A DNA stretch of 38,603 nt, from positions 1 to 38,603 of the forward strand of contig NIVC01002027.1 of assembly GCA_002269645.1 (NCBI GenBank), given 5' to 3'. Below the pieces are notes generated by a model. It was given only the letters and a program-made list of their open reading frames with translations, did not search any database and had not been told where the DNA came from. This document shows, one piece after another, positions 24,624-33,755 of this stretch (positions are counted from its first letter, which is position 1; every line of letters starts with the position of its first letter). A program made the position numbers and the translations under genes. The stretch comes from Macrostomum lignano. Lineage: Eukaryota.

Positions 24624-24711
24624 TATATTTTGTCAATTGTAGACTTGTTGAATTTTTTTCCAAAATTTCCAAATTTAATATTATTAATATTGATCCCAAT
24701 AATTTCAGCAA

Positions 24712-25053
24712 ATGGCTAGTAGTGCTGACCCATCAAAATCAGCAGCAGATGGAGACAATTTCGCATCAGACAAGGCCTCTCAGCCAGGTGTTGACCAGAT
24801 GATTGATGCTATTGATGATGGCACTTGGGGTGGCTGGATCAAGAAGCACTTGGCCATGCTGCTTGTGTATGCGGCAAATAATCCTACTACATTTGTTTAC
24901 TATGTGCTAATAGTGATGTCTCCATTGCTGATTCTCAGTGCAATATGCGCCTACAAGTTGGCTAAGGAGATTGAACAGCGAAACAAAGACCAGAAGCGGA
25001 AACAGCGCCGGGATGCCAATATTAAAAAATCTCGCAGTAAGAAAGATAATTAA
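24712..25053 (+). CDS. SMIM15: Small integral membrane protein 15 (UPF0542 family) homologue, 113 aa
   Basis: YAANNPTTFVYYVLIVMSPLLILSAICAYKLAKEIEQRNKDQKRKQRRDANIKK parallels human [54 protein letters not shown] as recalled; single TM plus basic tail; TTTCAG acceptor 3 nt before the ATG. Confidence 0.88.
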   Translation: MASSADPSKSAADGDNFASDKASQPGVDQMIDAIDDGTWGGWIKKHLAMLLVYAANNPTTFVYYVLIVMSPLLILSAICAYKLAKEIEQRNKDQKRKQRRDANIKKSRSKKDN

Positions 25054-25857
25054 CAAAAAGTTTCCCACTGCATTCTCACTGTATTAACAAATTTACTCTG
25101 TATTACTTCAGTGTATAATAGATGGAGAAAATAGAAAATTATGCGCATTTTACATACTTTGTTTGTAAAAAATGTTTTTTGGTGCAAATTTGCTTTTTTT
25201 TAATTTGGTCGTATTTTGTTAGTAATTCGCTTTGCCGCTACTTTCAGCAAGTATAAAGTGTTTTATTCCGAAATTTGATTGGAAAGATATAAAAAGATTG
25301 TCTAATCGGAAAATACTTCTACTTAAATTTATTTAATTTTATAAGCAAGCTTATTCTTTAAGTCTGCTTTAGCTGTTTGTTTTGTCTTGAAATCGTGGAA
25401 CCCCTTAATTATTTTAAATCGATTGTTGCTGTCGTCTGATGTTAGTCAGTCAGTGTGTAGTTTTTAATATATATATTGCATTCATTTTTTTCTATCTAAA
25501 TTTGAGCTATTCACGCAGAATATATTGTAATGAATTAGCTTACTGTTTTTATTACTACCGCTAATAATCAAAATATGTATTAATTAAAAATTAAATCTAT
25601 CTAACGGTTAACGCTAACTGCCGTTTTAACTCTTAAGTCTAATATAATGTTAACTGTTATATTATACTTAGTATTTGATTATCTGTAACATGATACAGAG
25701 TTAAATAATTCATTATGCACATTGTGGTAGTTAGTTACTAAGGCTTCTTGTTCTTGCAAGTTGAAACTAGAAAGAATTGAATGATGCGCATTGGCTTAGA
25801 TTGCCCAAAACGGTATGAATAGGCTTATAATACACAGCTTCTCTGCCATTTGGTCGT

Positions 25858-25930
25858 GGTCCCATGGTGTAGTGGTTTAACACACTGGACTTTGAATCCA
25901 GCGACCCGAGTTCGAATCTCGGTGGGACCT
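25858..25930 (+). tRNA. tRNA-Gln-TTG: tRNA-Gln, anticodon TTG
   Basis: Acceptor stem GGTCCCA/TGGGACC; anticodon arm CTGGA-CTTTGAA-TCCAG; T arm CCGAG-TTCGAAT-CTCGG; no intron, no encoded CCA. Confidence 0.98.
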
Positions 25931-25955
25931 AGCTAAATAAGAGGCCCATGACGGG

Positions 25956-25962
25956 TTTTTTT
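25956..25962 (+). terminator. RNA polymerase III terminator (T7)
   Basis: Run of 7 T, 25 nt after the tRNA end. Confidence 0.75.
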
Positions 25963-28284
25963 ACATCAATATTCTTTTTCACATTCATTACGATTTTACG
26001 TTCACTATAGTTACCGTCTAACGAACAATTCAATCAATTTTTTATGACCGGAGGTCAAGAAATTTTTTTAAGAGAGCATTGTACTGAGTACTTTTATACT
26101 AAAGTTGTACCTACCACATATATGTAAATAAATGGCTAGGAATACAATTTTGCGAAATTTTGGTAATAGTAAGATAAAATTAATTCATTTGCCCAATAAT
26201 TTTAAATTAAATTCTTCACTGCAAGACAAATTCTAGTTGGCCCGATATGTTGAGTAGATAACTTTATAAAGCGTAAAATGCAATTGAGGACTTGTTTCTG
26301 TTTTTGGAAATTCTCCATGAGGTGAAATCAAATGACGCAGCAACTGTCATTTACGCGATAGTTTATTAAAGTAAAAGCTTTTTTTAAATATTTGCTTGCA
26401 TCAGCTTGCGTGGGGTTGTTTCGCGTCGAATTGCTCTGGAGAGATACGAGACTTCACAAACCTGAATGGCTGAAATATGGTTGTACATGTATGGAACCTA
26501 ACATAATCAGTGAGCTAGACTTCAGAGTTGCAAGAGGAATAATTATTTTATGCGCTGAATTAGGTAATCATTGTTGAGCTAATAATTCATTTCTTTATTC
26601 AAGGTTAAAGCTAACTAATTTTTACTTCATGGTGCTTCAAAAAGTTTTACATGCAATTTGCTTAGCAACTTTTGGAAATGAAAACGAAGATTGAGGAATG
26701 GGAAGTGCCAAAATTTTGCTTCGGCTTCGTGAAGTATCCCGAGAGTCTTTCCAGTGCACCTCGGGGTTGTGAAACGGCTGGTTAAGAATTTAGACAATGT
26801 GAAGTTTCGGGATCTGCTCATGTCCCAATGCGAATAATGTAAATATCTGAGTCTACCATAAATAGCGCGTCTTGATATGGAAATCGCTGTCATACATTTA
26901 TGAACTCATCAATGTGTGGCCCGGGACATGTCTATGGTCTAAGCTTGGGGGGGGGGTCGAAAAAACCATTTAAAGATCTTAAGCTTGCGAGTCTGTGTGA
27001 CTTATCAGCCATGCTTGTGAGTTGTGACGTGAGTCTATAAAGCTCTGATGTTGACTGTATGGTGTGCAAACTATACACTGTACACGGTGTGTACATGTTA
27101 TAATCCCTGCGATCCCGATCGGGATTTTTGCGACCCCTGGTTTCTGAGCAACACCTGCCGCTGTGCTGCATCTGGAGACGTGCCTGCCGTACAAGAACCA
27201 ACTGAACTGTAGATGGTGAAATTTGCGTCACAAGGCCCAGCTTAGGCTGGTAAAAAACTGCAGAGAGTGGAGAGTTATCGATCTGCCACTTGTATGCTGA
27301 CCACTGGTTTCGGGGTGGGCTGATTTTAGTTTCTTTCTTGCAATTACTGCATGTCTCCTGCTTTTTATAAGAAAATGGAAGATTAATATGTCGATGCCGC
27401 GTGACTTGTGCCATAGACTATTTTATCACAAAGCATCGATATATTAGTGTCATTGTAATCTCAATAGTATATTTCATAGACATGCGGCTTCGCTTCTTAC
27501 ACGCTGCACTGAATCGCCGTCACCCATAGAGAACTCTCCTTTCACACTGACTTTAAGACTATAAGAAAGGAAAGGAGTAATCTAAGATTGAGATAGCAAA
27601 TAGAACTTTAGAATGGAGCCCGCTCTAATTAAAGGACCGTGGATATCGCGGTACCTTCGATTTGGCAGTCGACGAGATGCCGAGATGCGGCAAATGTCAC
27701 AGAGTCTGTCGCTGTGTCGCTGCATTCCGATGGCAAGAATCTGGTATCAGCCCGCAAGAAAGATCCCACATGTATGCCAATAGCTGCCAGGCAAGAAGGC
27801 GCGGTTGTTTCAACTATCGAGTCAGTGACAATTGGTCAGTCAATCAATACATTTACCGTCTGCCACTGTTACACGGATTCGTCTACGATTGGCAATCGAC
27901 TTAATGGTGTTCAATTTCCACTGACAACTCTACGACTGAGTGTTTCGTGGTTCGAGACGACATGGATGATGGAATCACTGATTTACATTGTGAGTTTACT
28001 TTCTATGAACGGTGTTGAATTTGCTCTGTGTAAATATAATCAGTTTACTTGCATCCTGAAAAAATAAATATACGTCGTACTTTGGTCAGCGCGTAATCGA
28101 TGCAGTTGTCTATGGTCCAGACACTACGTTTCTTACACGCGGACCTGCGTTTTGTTCACGCTGCTCGACCGCGCTTTGTTTAATGTGTTCAAACCAAGAA
28201 AACTGCGTTTCTTACACAGTACACAAGTCATTTAACACACGCACTACGAGCGTACACCTTTTTGCGCTCTATTTCGATAAAACT

Positions 28285-28560
28285 GCATTAAATTTCGGCA
28301 AACTGACTTTCATTTTCGGCATCAGCTACGGCCGCACATCCAAACTACATTCGAATTCGACAAACCGAGAAACAATTTCGGCAAACTGCATTCAATTTCG
28401 GTAACTCGAGTTTCCATTTAGACAAACTGATATTCAAATTCGGCAAACTGCATTCAATTTCGGCAGCCAGCAGCGCCTCAGACACAGACTGTCTATGGAA
28501 ATAAGCGCATCTAAACCCAAAACTTATTTTCAATTTCGGCAAACTGCACTCAATTTCGAC
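28285..28560. repeat. Degenerate repeat of AATTTCGGCAAACTG
   Basis: Motif and variants recur many times; probably internal repeats of a TE relic. Confidence 0.65.
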
Positions 28561-29222
28561 AGCGCCAATCTAAGAAGGGAATAAAGACAGAATTAGAGAG
28601 GGATTTCTTAGATTCTGAACAAGTACTGCATTTGGAGTACAGTTAAAGTGTAATTGAACACGCAAAAACCTGTGCACTCATCAGCAAGCAAGTTTGGATG
28701 TACGAGTACGGCCGTAGCTGATGCCGAAGTTGAATGCAGTTTTATCGAACTAGAACGCAAAAAGGTGTCAAGACTCAAGACTCAGATACATTGATATATT
28801 CCTGCACGGTCACGAGTGCACGATGTCCTTCACGCACGAGTGAACGTGAAGGAATTCCATTGTCGGATGATTCATCGTGCAGGAATGCACAAAACCGTGC
28901 AGGAATGCATTTCTGCGCCTAATGCTTTTTCAGTGAGATTTTACCATAGACATCCATTCCTGCACGCAAAAGAGTGCAAGAATGCCATTCTTGCATGGAA
29001 AATCAGCCGACAATGTCTCACTTCACGGTAATAAACCCCTGCTTAATGGCTGGTCATTAACTGAGTCTTGTTTCGACCACAGACAATTCAATCAATGCAG
29101 ATACTACGCACATTCGTGACCAAAGAATACTGAGCTATTCTTTGCTCGTGACCTTTGACCATTAACTTAAATTTTCGCTTCATATTAACCTTCCATTAAT
29201 CATAAACTAACTAGAGTCTATA

Positions 29223-29509
29223 CTCAGCAACATTGAAAAGTCGCCACCCTTTGCCCCAGTGAGCAGTGTCTTTCGACCAGCATCTATCACCTGGCCAACC
29301 ATTTTGATATTAAAAAATCTTGAAAAAAACAATGAAAACCGGGCGGAGGTTTCAATCCATCCAATCTTCGTCCTCCGCTCTTCCCAATCCCTCCTCACCC
29401 AGCCCAACTCTGCGTCGCGTGGCGCAAGTTGCGTCACTCAAAAGTCAATAATACTGAGCTAGAATTTACTGCGCACTCTCAAAGGTTGCGACTTTTCAAT
29501 GTTGTTGAG
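29223..29509. mobile_element. 287-bp Tc1/mariner-type MITE
   Basis: ~30-bp TIRs CTCARCAACATTGAAAAGTCGC.ACC; TA on both flanks. Confidence 0.8.
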
Positions 29510-30383
29510 TATATACTGCCGAGCATGGGCAATCCATTGGCCATTAGACGCAGAGAAGCAGGAGTGAGTGAACGTGGTCTTTCGGCAGCAGGGCTACCAA
29601 CTGGAATTGCCTAGTTTTAGAAGATAAAAGAAAATCTAGCCACTTTTATCTATGGCAAAAAGCTTCTTTGTTTTATACTTGATGCATTTCATTGATATTC
29701 TCGCAATCCCTACTATAAGTAATAAAAATCAAACCACTAACTATAATGTACTCGAAGGTACAAAAAAGTACTAAATTCTCGAACTCTCTTACTTTCAGCC
29801 ATGGACAATAATACAATAGCTTAAAAGAATGAAATACAGGCTAGTCGGGCCCGTCTGTAGGATATATATTAGAGACTAAACCGGCTCAGAATATTTAGCA
29901 CTACAAGTCCCAAATCTTACTCTCTTAGCAGACGCATTGTGTCCCATTGCAATCCTTTCGATCAACTCTCACGGATCAATTAACTGCATAGCATAATAGC
30001 TCATTCAACAGTTGAAGGATTTTTCATCAGTAAGTATAGGTGAGTCATCATGTCTGAGTCGTCAGTGCATGCACTTGTAACCTTGGTGTACTTTTATCTT
30101 ACTAAGTTGTATTTGTTGTCCAAAACAGAAGCTGTTTTGCAATTGGAAGTGATAAACAGCGCTAGTAAGTCTTCCATGGCGGCCTTATTGTACAATGAAT
30201 GTACCAGCGCTAGGCCAATTAGCGATAAGAAATGACCTAATTAAGCTAGTGTACACAGAGTCAATAGAGCTATTCAATTTATAGAACTCGCAGTCTAGTC
30301 GACTGATAATTATCGATCCGCCCCGATTCAGTTCAGACCTGTGCAGACTGGAATTACCTGCAAGCCAAGCCGATTCAATTAAT

Positions 30384-30390
30384 TATAAAA
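30384..30390 (+). promoter_or_regulatory. Candidate upstream TATA box of the sHSP gene
   Basis: TATAAAA; a GTGAGT donor follows at 30504. Confidence 0.4.
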
Positions 30391-30552
30391 CACACCTCTG
30401 GCCTAGACAGGCCAATCAGAACTGTCCAATTTATTATTGCGAAATAGAGGCGCAACTAAGCTACGAATTAGGCTTAAGCGCAGTGCACAACAGTCTGAAC
30501 TTGGTGAGTTAGTCTCTCTGCCACACCCCCGACTGGAAGCCAAGCCGCTGTC

Positions 30553-30559
30553 TATATAA
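30553..30559 (+). promoter_or_regulatory. TATA box of the sHSP gene
   Basis: TATATAA about 115 nt before the ATG, with Inr-like TCACT about 30 nt downstream. Confidence 0.6.
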
Positions 30560-30673
30560 CCAGGCCAGACTCGCTGGCTGTCTCTTCACTGCCACTTCAA
30601 TAACATTTTGACGCTTCCTGTCTGCAGATTGTCCTGTTTTCTCCTTTCTCTTCTCAGAGCTAACTTGATTAAG

Positions 30674-31501
30674 ATGTCCGCCCTCTATCCGAGCAACGTG
30701 TTCAAGTCGTTCGAGTATCCGAACCGGATGCAGAGCATCTTCGAGGACTTCAACGACCTGTTCAGCGATGCCCTGTTCCACCCGTTCTACGAGCTGGAGC
30801 GCAACCTGCAGCCCAAGCGTCACCGGGCCGCCCATCACCGCTACTTCAGCACCGCCGTCAAGCTGAGCGACTTCCGCGCTGACGAGGTGGCCGTCAAGGT
30901 AGAGGATCGCAAGGTGCGCATTCACGCCAAGCGCCAGGAAGGCGAAGACATGTCCGAGGTGCGCAAGACCGTCGCCCTTCCGGAGGATGTGGACGCTGAC
31001 AAAGTGGAGACTCGCATGACCAAGGAGGGCTTCCTCGTCGTGCGGGCGCCCTACATCCGCGCTGAGAAGAGCGGCAGCGGCGACGCCAGCAACGCCCTGG
31101 CCCAGCTGGGTGCTAACAGCTGGGACGAGATGCGTAGCCTGCTGCGCGGTCCGGGCATCACCTCCGTGCACGAGCAGCTGGTGAAGGACGAGAAGACTGG
31201 CGAGACTCGCTTTCAGGTCACCGTGCCGGTTCGCGACTTCCACCCGGAGGAGGTTACAGTGCGCCAGGTCGGCGACCGAGTTGTCGTCCGCGCCGAGCAT
31301 CGCGACGAGCGTGAAGGCCAGCTGGTGCACCGCAGCATGCACCGAGAGTTCACCCTGCCGCAGGGCGTCGACCGGGAGCGTCTGGTCAGCCGGCTGACCG
31401 ATTGCGGCACCCTGCAGATCGAGGCGCCGGCGCCGAATCTGGCGCTGCCGGAGCCGCGCGACATTCCGGTGGAGAACAAGATGGAAGTGACCGAGAAGTG
31501 A
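30674..31501 (+). CDS. Small heat-shock protein with two alpha-crystallin domains (p40/Tsp36 type), 275 aa, intronless CDS
   Basis: ATG at 30674 inside ORF 30608-31501. ACD1: DFRADEVAVKV...RKTVALPEDVD...GFLVVRAP. ACD2: DFHPEEVTVR...HREFTLPQGVD...GTLQIEAP. C-terminal IPV motif. Confidence 0.93.
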   Translation: MSALYPSNVFKSFEYPNRMQSIFEDFNDLFSDALFHPFYELERNLQPKRHRAAHHRYFSTAVKLSDFRADEVAVKVEDRKVRIHAKRQEGEDMSEVRKTVALPEDVDADKVETRMTKEGFLVVRAPYIRAEKSGSGDASNALAQLGANSWDEMRSLLRGPGITSVHEQLVKDEKTGETRFQVTVPVRDFHPEEVTVRQVGDRVVVRAEHRDEREGQLVHRSMHREFTLPQGVDRERLVSRLTDCGTLQIEAPAPNLALPEPRDIPVENKMEVTEK

Positions 31502-32054
31502 ACGGAGAATCAGCGGCGAGACGCAGTCGGGACACTTGCAGTTGTTGGCAAACTAGAATTCCCAATACGGACTTAAGCGCAGGCTGGGCTGGGCCAATTC
31601 CCATTTCTTCCCCAATACTTGCCATTTTTCATAAGTCAATATTCCTCTTGGAAAATACTCCGCACTCTCTAAAATAACATTTTTTAATTCCTCATTGGCA
31701 AGCAAAGTAGTTGTTGTTGTGACGTTCTGATTCGCAAAATAAATAGACCAAGTATATATCAGCACATAGGTTGTTCATGTAGCCTTATTTCGAAAACCAG
31801 CGTCTTTATTTAATTTTATTTACACTTAAAAGCGGTTGAAAGCGGTTGCAATATTTCCACGCTCGTTGATTGGCTTGCGCAGTTAAACATGTGGCTGGCA
31901 AATGATTCGAATTAGCTTTTCAACTACAGACTGAGATTCCTACTCGGCAACAGTCAAAAGTTCCACCCTACACGCGAGATAAATTTCTCTCTTACTTATT
32001 GCGAGTGACGCAGCTTACGGCACGCTGGAAGACTGGATCTGCTTAATGGTACCA

Positions 32055-32462
32055 TTACGCCGACACACCGAGCTGATGCTGTTAGTCAACTGGAAGAACA
32101 GCTACAGCTGCGCACTCTGCACTAGCCTTCCCGGTCCCCAATCCCATCGAGCATGTCTGGGACTATGACCTTTGTGCCCGCTCGCACAAAGGTAATGGCT
32201 ACGCGGCTTCAGCTTACGCAATTGCTGCCGTGAAAGAATCTGTCTATGCCCTCTGATTTCTCATTAACGCCCTTAAAGCATGGGTATTAATGTACTATTC
32301 GAAAAGAGAATTCACCACAGAATGTTGCGCAGCTGCGTCATGCCATTGAAAACGCTTGGCAGCAGCTTCCCCAGTACTTTCTGTGCCGCCTCATCCTGGG
32401 GATGCCCCGCAGAGTAGCCGCATGCACTTCTGCGTGCGAGGGGATCTCACACGCGTTGTTAA
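32055..32462 (+). mobile_element. Tc1 (DD34E) transposase C-terminal relic
   Basis: Degenerate HRADAV..LEE..LH*PSRS..NPIEHVWDY, then after a ~130-bp insert PQNVAQLRHAIENAWQQLPQ...GMPRRVAAC...SHTRC*. Confidence 0.85.
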
Positions 32463-32565
32463 GCATCGCGATTCTAACTGCATATTGCATAATAAATAAA
32501 CTGTTGATTTTTTGCGACTGACGTTTATTATTGATTCAATCAACTTTCCCTTCCAAGTTGCGTAA

Positions 32566-33094
32566 CCGGGGGTGTTTCTCGAAACTCACGTAAGTTCTAT
32601 GGTAAGTTAGATCGTAAGAAAGAAATTTACGTGTAGCGTAAGTTTGCTCGTAAGACTTTCTCAAAACTCACTTAGACTTTGCGTGGCTTACGCTGTTAGT
32701 AAGTCGTATCTGAAACGAAAAGTTGCATGTCTATGGTCATAAATCTGCAAATATCTTTACTTAGTCTATCGTAAGTTGCTTTCGAGAAAGACCCACTTTC
32801 GATAAAGTTTAACTTGACTTGGCTTGACTAAAGCTTCACGTACTATGCGATTAGTGCTTAAGTGCGTCTTACGACTGATACCGAGCAGTCGTAGGGTTAA
32901 GATCAACCTTACGAAAGACCATAGACATACGAACGTTTCGAGAAACAGTCTTTTGCGCAAAGTTACGAACTCGTAAAGTTGCGATCAATCTTACGCATAG
33001 CTAACTTGCGAGCCCTTCGAGCAACCCGTAAGTGTAGCTTACCCAACTTACGTCTATGGTCATCGTAAGTTGCTTTCGAGAAAGACCCCCCCGG
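32566..33094. mobile_element. PIF/Harbinger-like MITE
   Basis: TIRs CCGGGGGTGTTTCTCGAAA / TTTCGAGAAAGACCCCCCCGG; many internal CGTAAG/CTTACG motifs; second right-end copy at about 32770-32788; TSD not clean, so superfamily is tentative. Confidence 0.6.
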
Positions 33095-33205
33095 AGGGTT
33101 TAATTGTGAGTGAGAAGTTGTCGCAATAAGTGAGAATTTTTTACTGTTGCTAAGTATATTTTGGGAATCAAATGAATGATGTCGGAGCAAGAATTAGAAT
33201 CTTGT

Positions 33206-33755
33206 TCACAGCACGGACTCCTTCTGAACCACCCGTCCCTCTGTCGAGCTCTCCCTGTCCTCTGTCGTAATACTCTGACGCTCCTGATGCTGATGAGCGG
33301 CATTTCTGATGCTGGGGTGCATGTATAGAATCTCTGGCTGCTGCGGGCCGCGGACCCAGTGGCTGCTTGCCGTTGCTGGGGGAATACTGTCGGCAGACTC
33401 TCCCAAGGAGGCCTGTTCTTCACCAGCTGCAGTCGTGAGCGGTGGTGGTGGCGGCGGCGGCGGCAGCGGCGGCAATGGCAGGTCATCCTGGAAGTGGACC
33501 AAGCCCGCGTGACGATGAGATCTCGGGCGACGCTTTCCAGCGGCAGTCTGGCACGACGATGTCGAAAACGATGCTGATGACGCCGGCTGCTGATCCTGCA
33601 GCTGCTGCTGCGAGTGGTGCCGCTTCTGACTGTGAGAAACCTGCTGGCACTGGTGCAGGGCAGGCTGAGACTGGCGGGCGCAGTTCGAGTCCCGCCTCTC
33701 GGAGACTGCGACTTCGTGCAGCGGCAGAAGTTTTTGCGCAATCTCTCCCTGATTA
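33206..33755 (-). CDS. Nmdar2: Nmdar2 terminal exon: low-complexity tail, polyproline, ...QKESVL*
   Basis: TTTTCAG acceptor at 33756; phase 2 matches the previous exon; frame open to the stop at 33206; the ORF track shows only the distal part (33502-33206). Confidence 0.8.

Noticed and set aside
23751-24711. ORFs 23751-24077 (+) and 24711-24391 (-) as a duplicated gene pair
   Set aside because: They are mirror translations of the MITE's two TIRs.
25944-25962. CCC-ATGAC-GGG plus T7 as a bacterial rho-independent terminator
   Set aside because: The stem is too short and the context is eukaryotic; the T run is adequately explained as a Pol III terminator.
26932-28067. ORFs at 26.9-28.1 kb, including MPRCGKCHRVCRC... 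as a THAP or RING finger gene
   Set aside because: Cys spacing does not complete either domain, frames are interrupted and no splice structure was found; probably TE debris.
29207-29437. Minus-strand ORF (..MVGQVIDAGRK..) as a first exon of a hidden gene
   Set aside because: It lies inside the 29223-29509 MITE and no downstream exons were found.
30509-31342. 277-aa antisense ORF over the sHSP
   Set aside because: Shadow ORF caused by GC3-biased codon usage on the sense strand.
29586-31555. hAT-like termini (CAGGGCTACCAAC and GTTGGCAAACTA) enclosing the sHSP as a captured gene
   Set aside because: The two ends match poorly and there is no 8-bp TSD.
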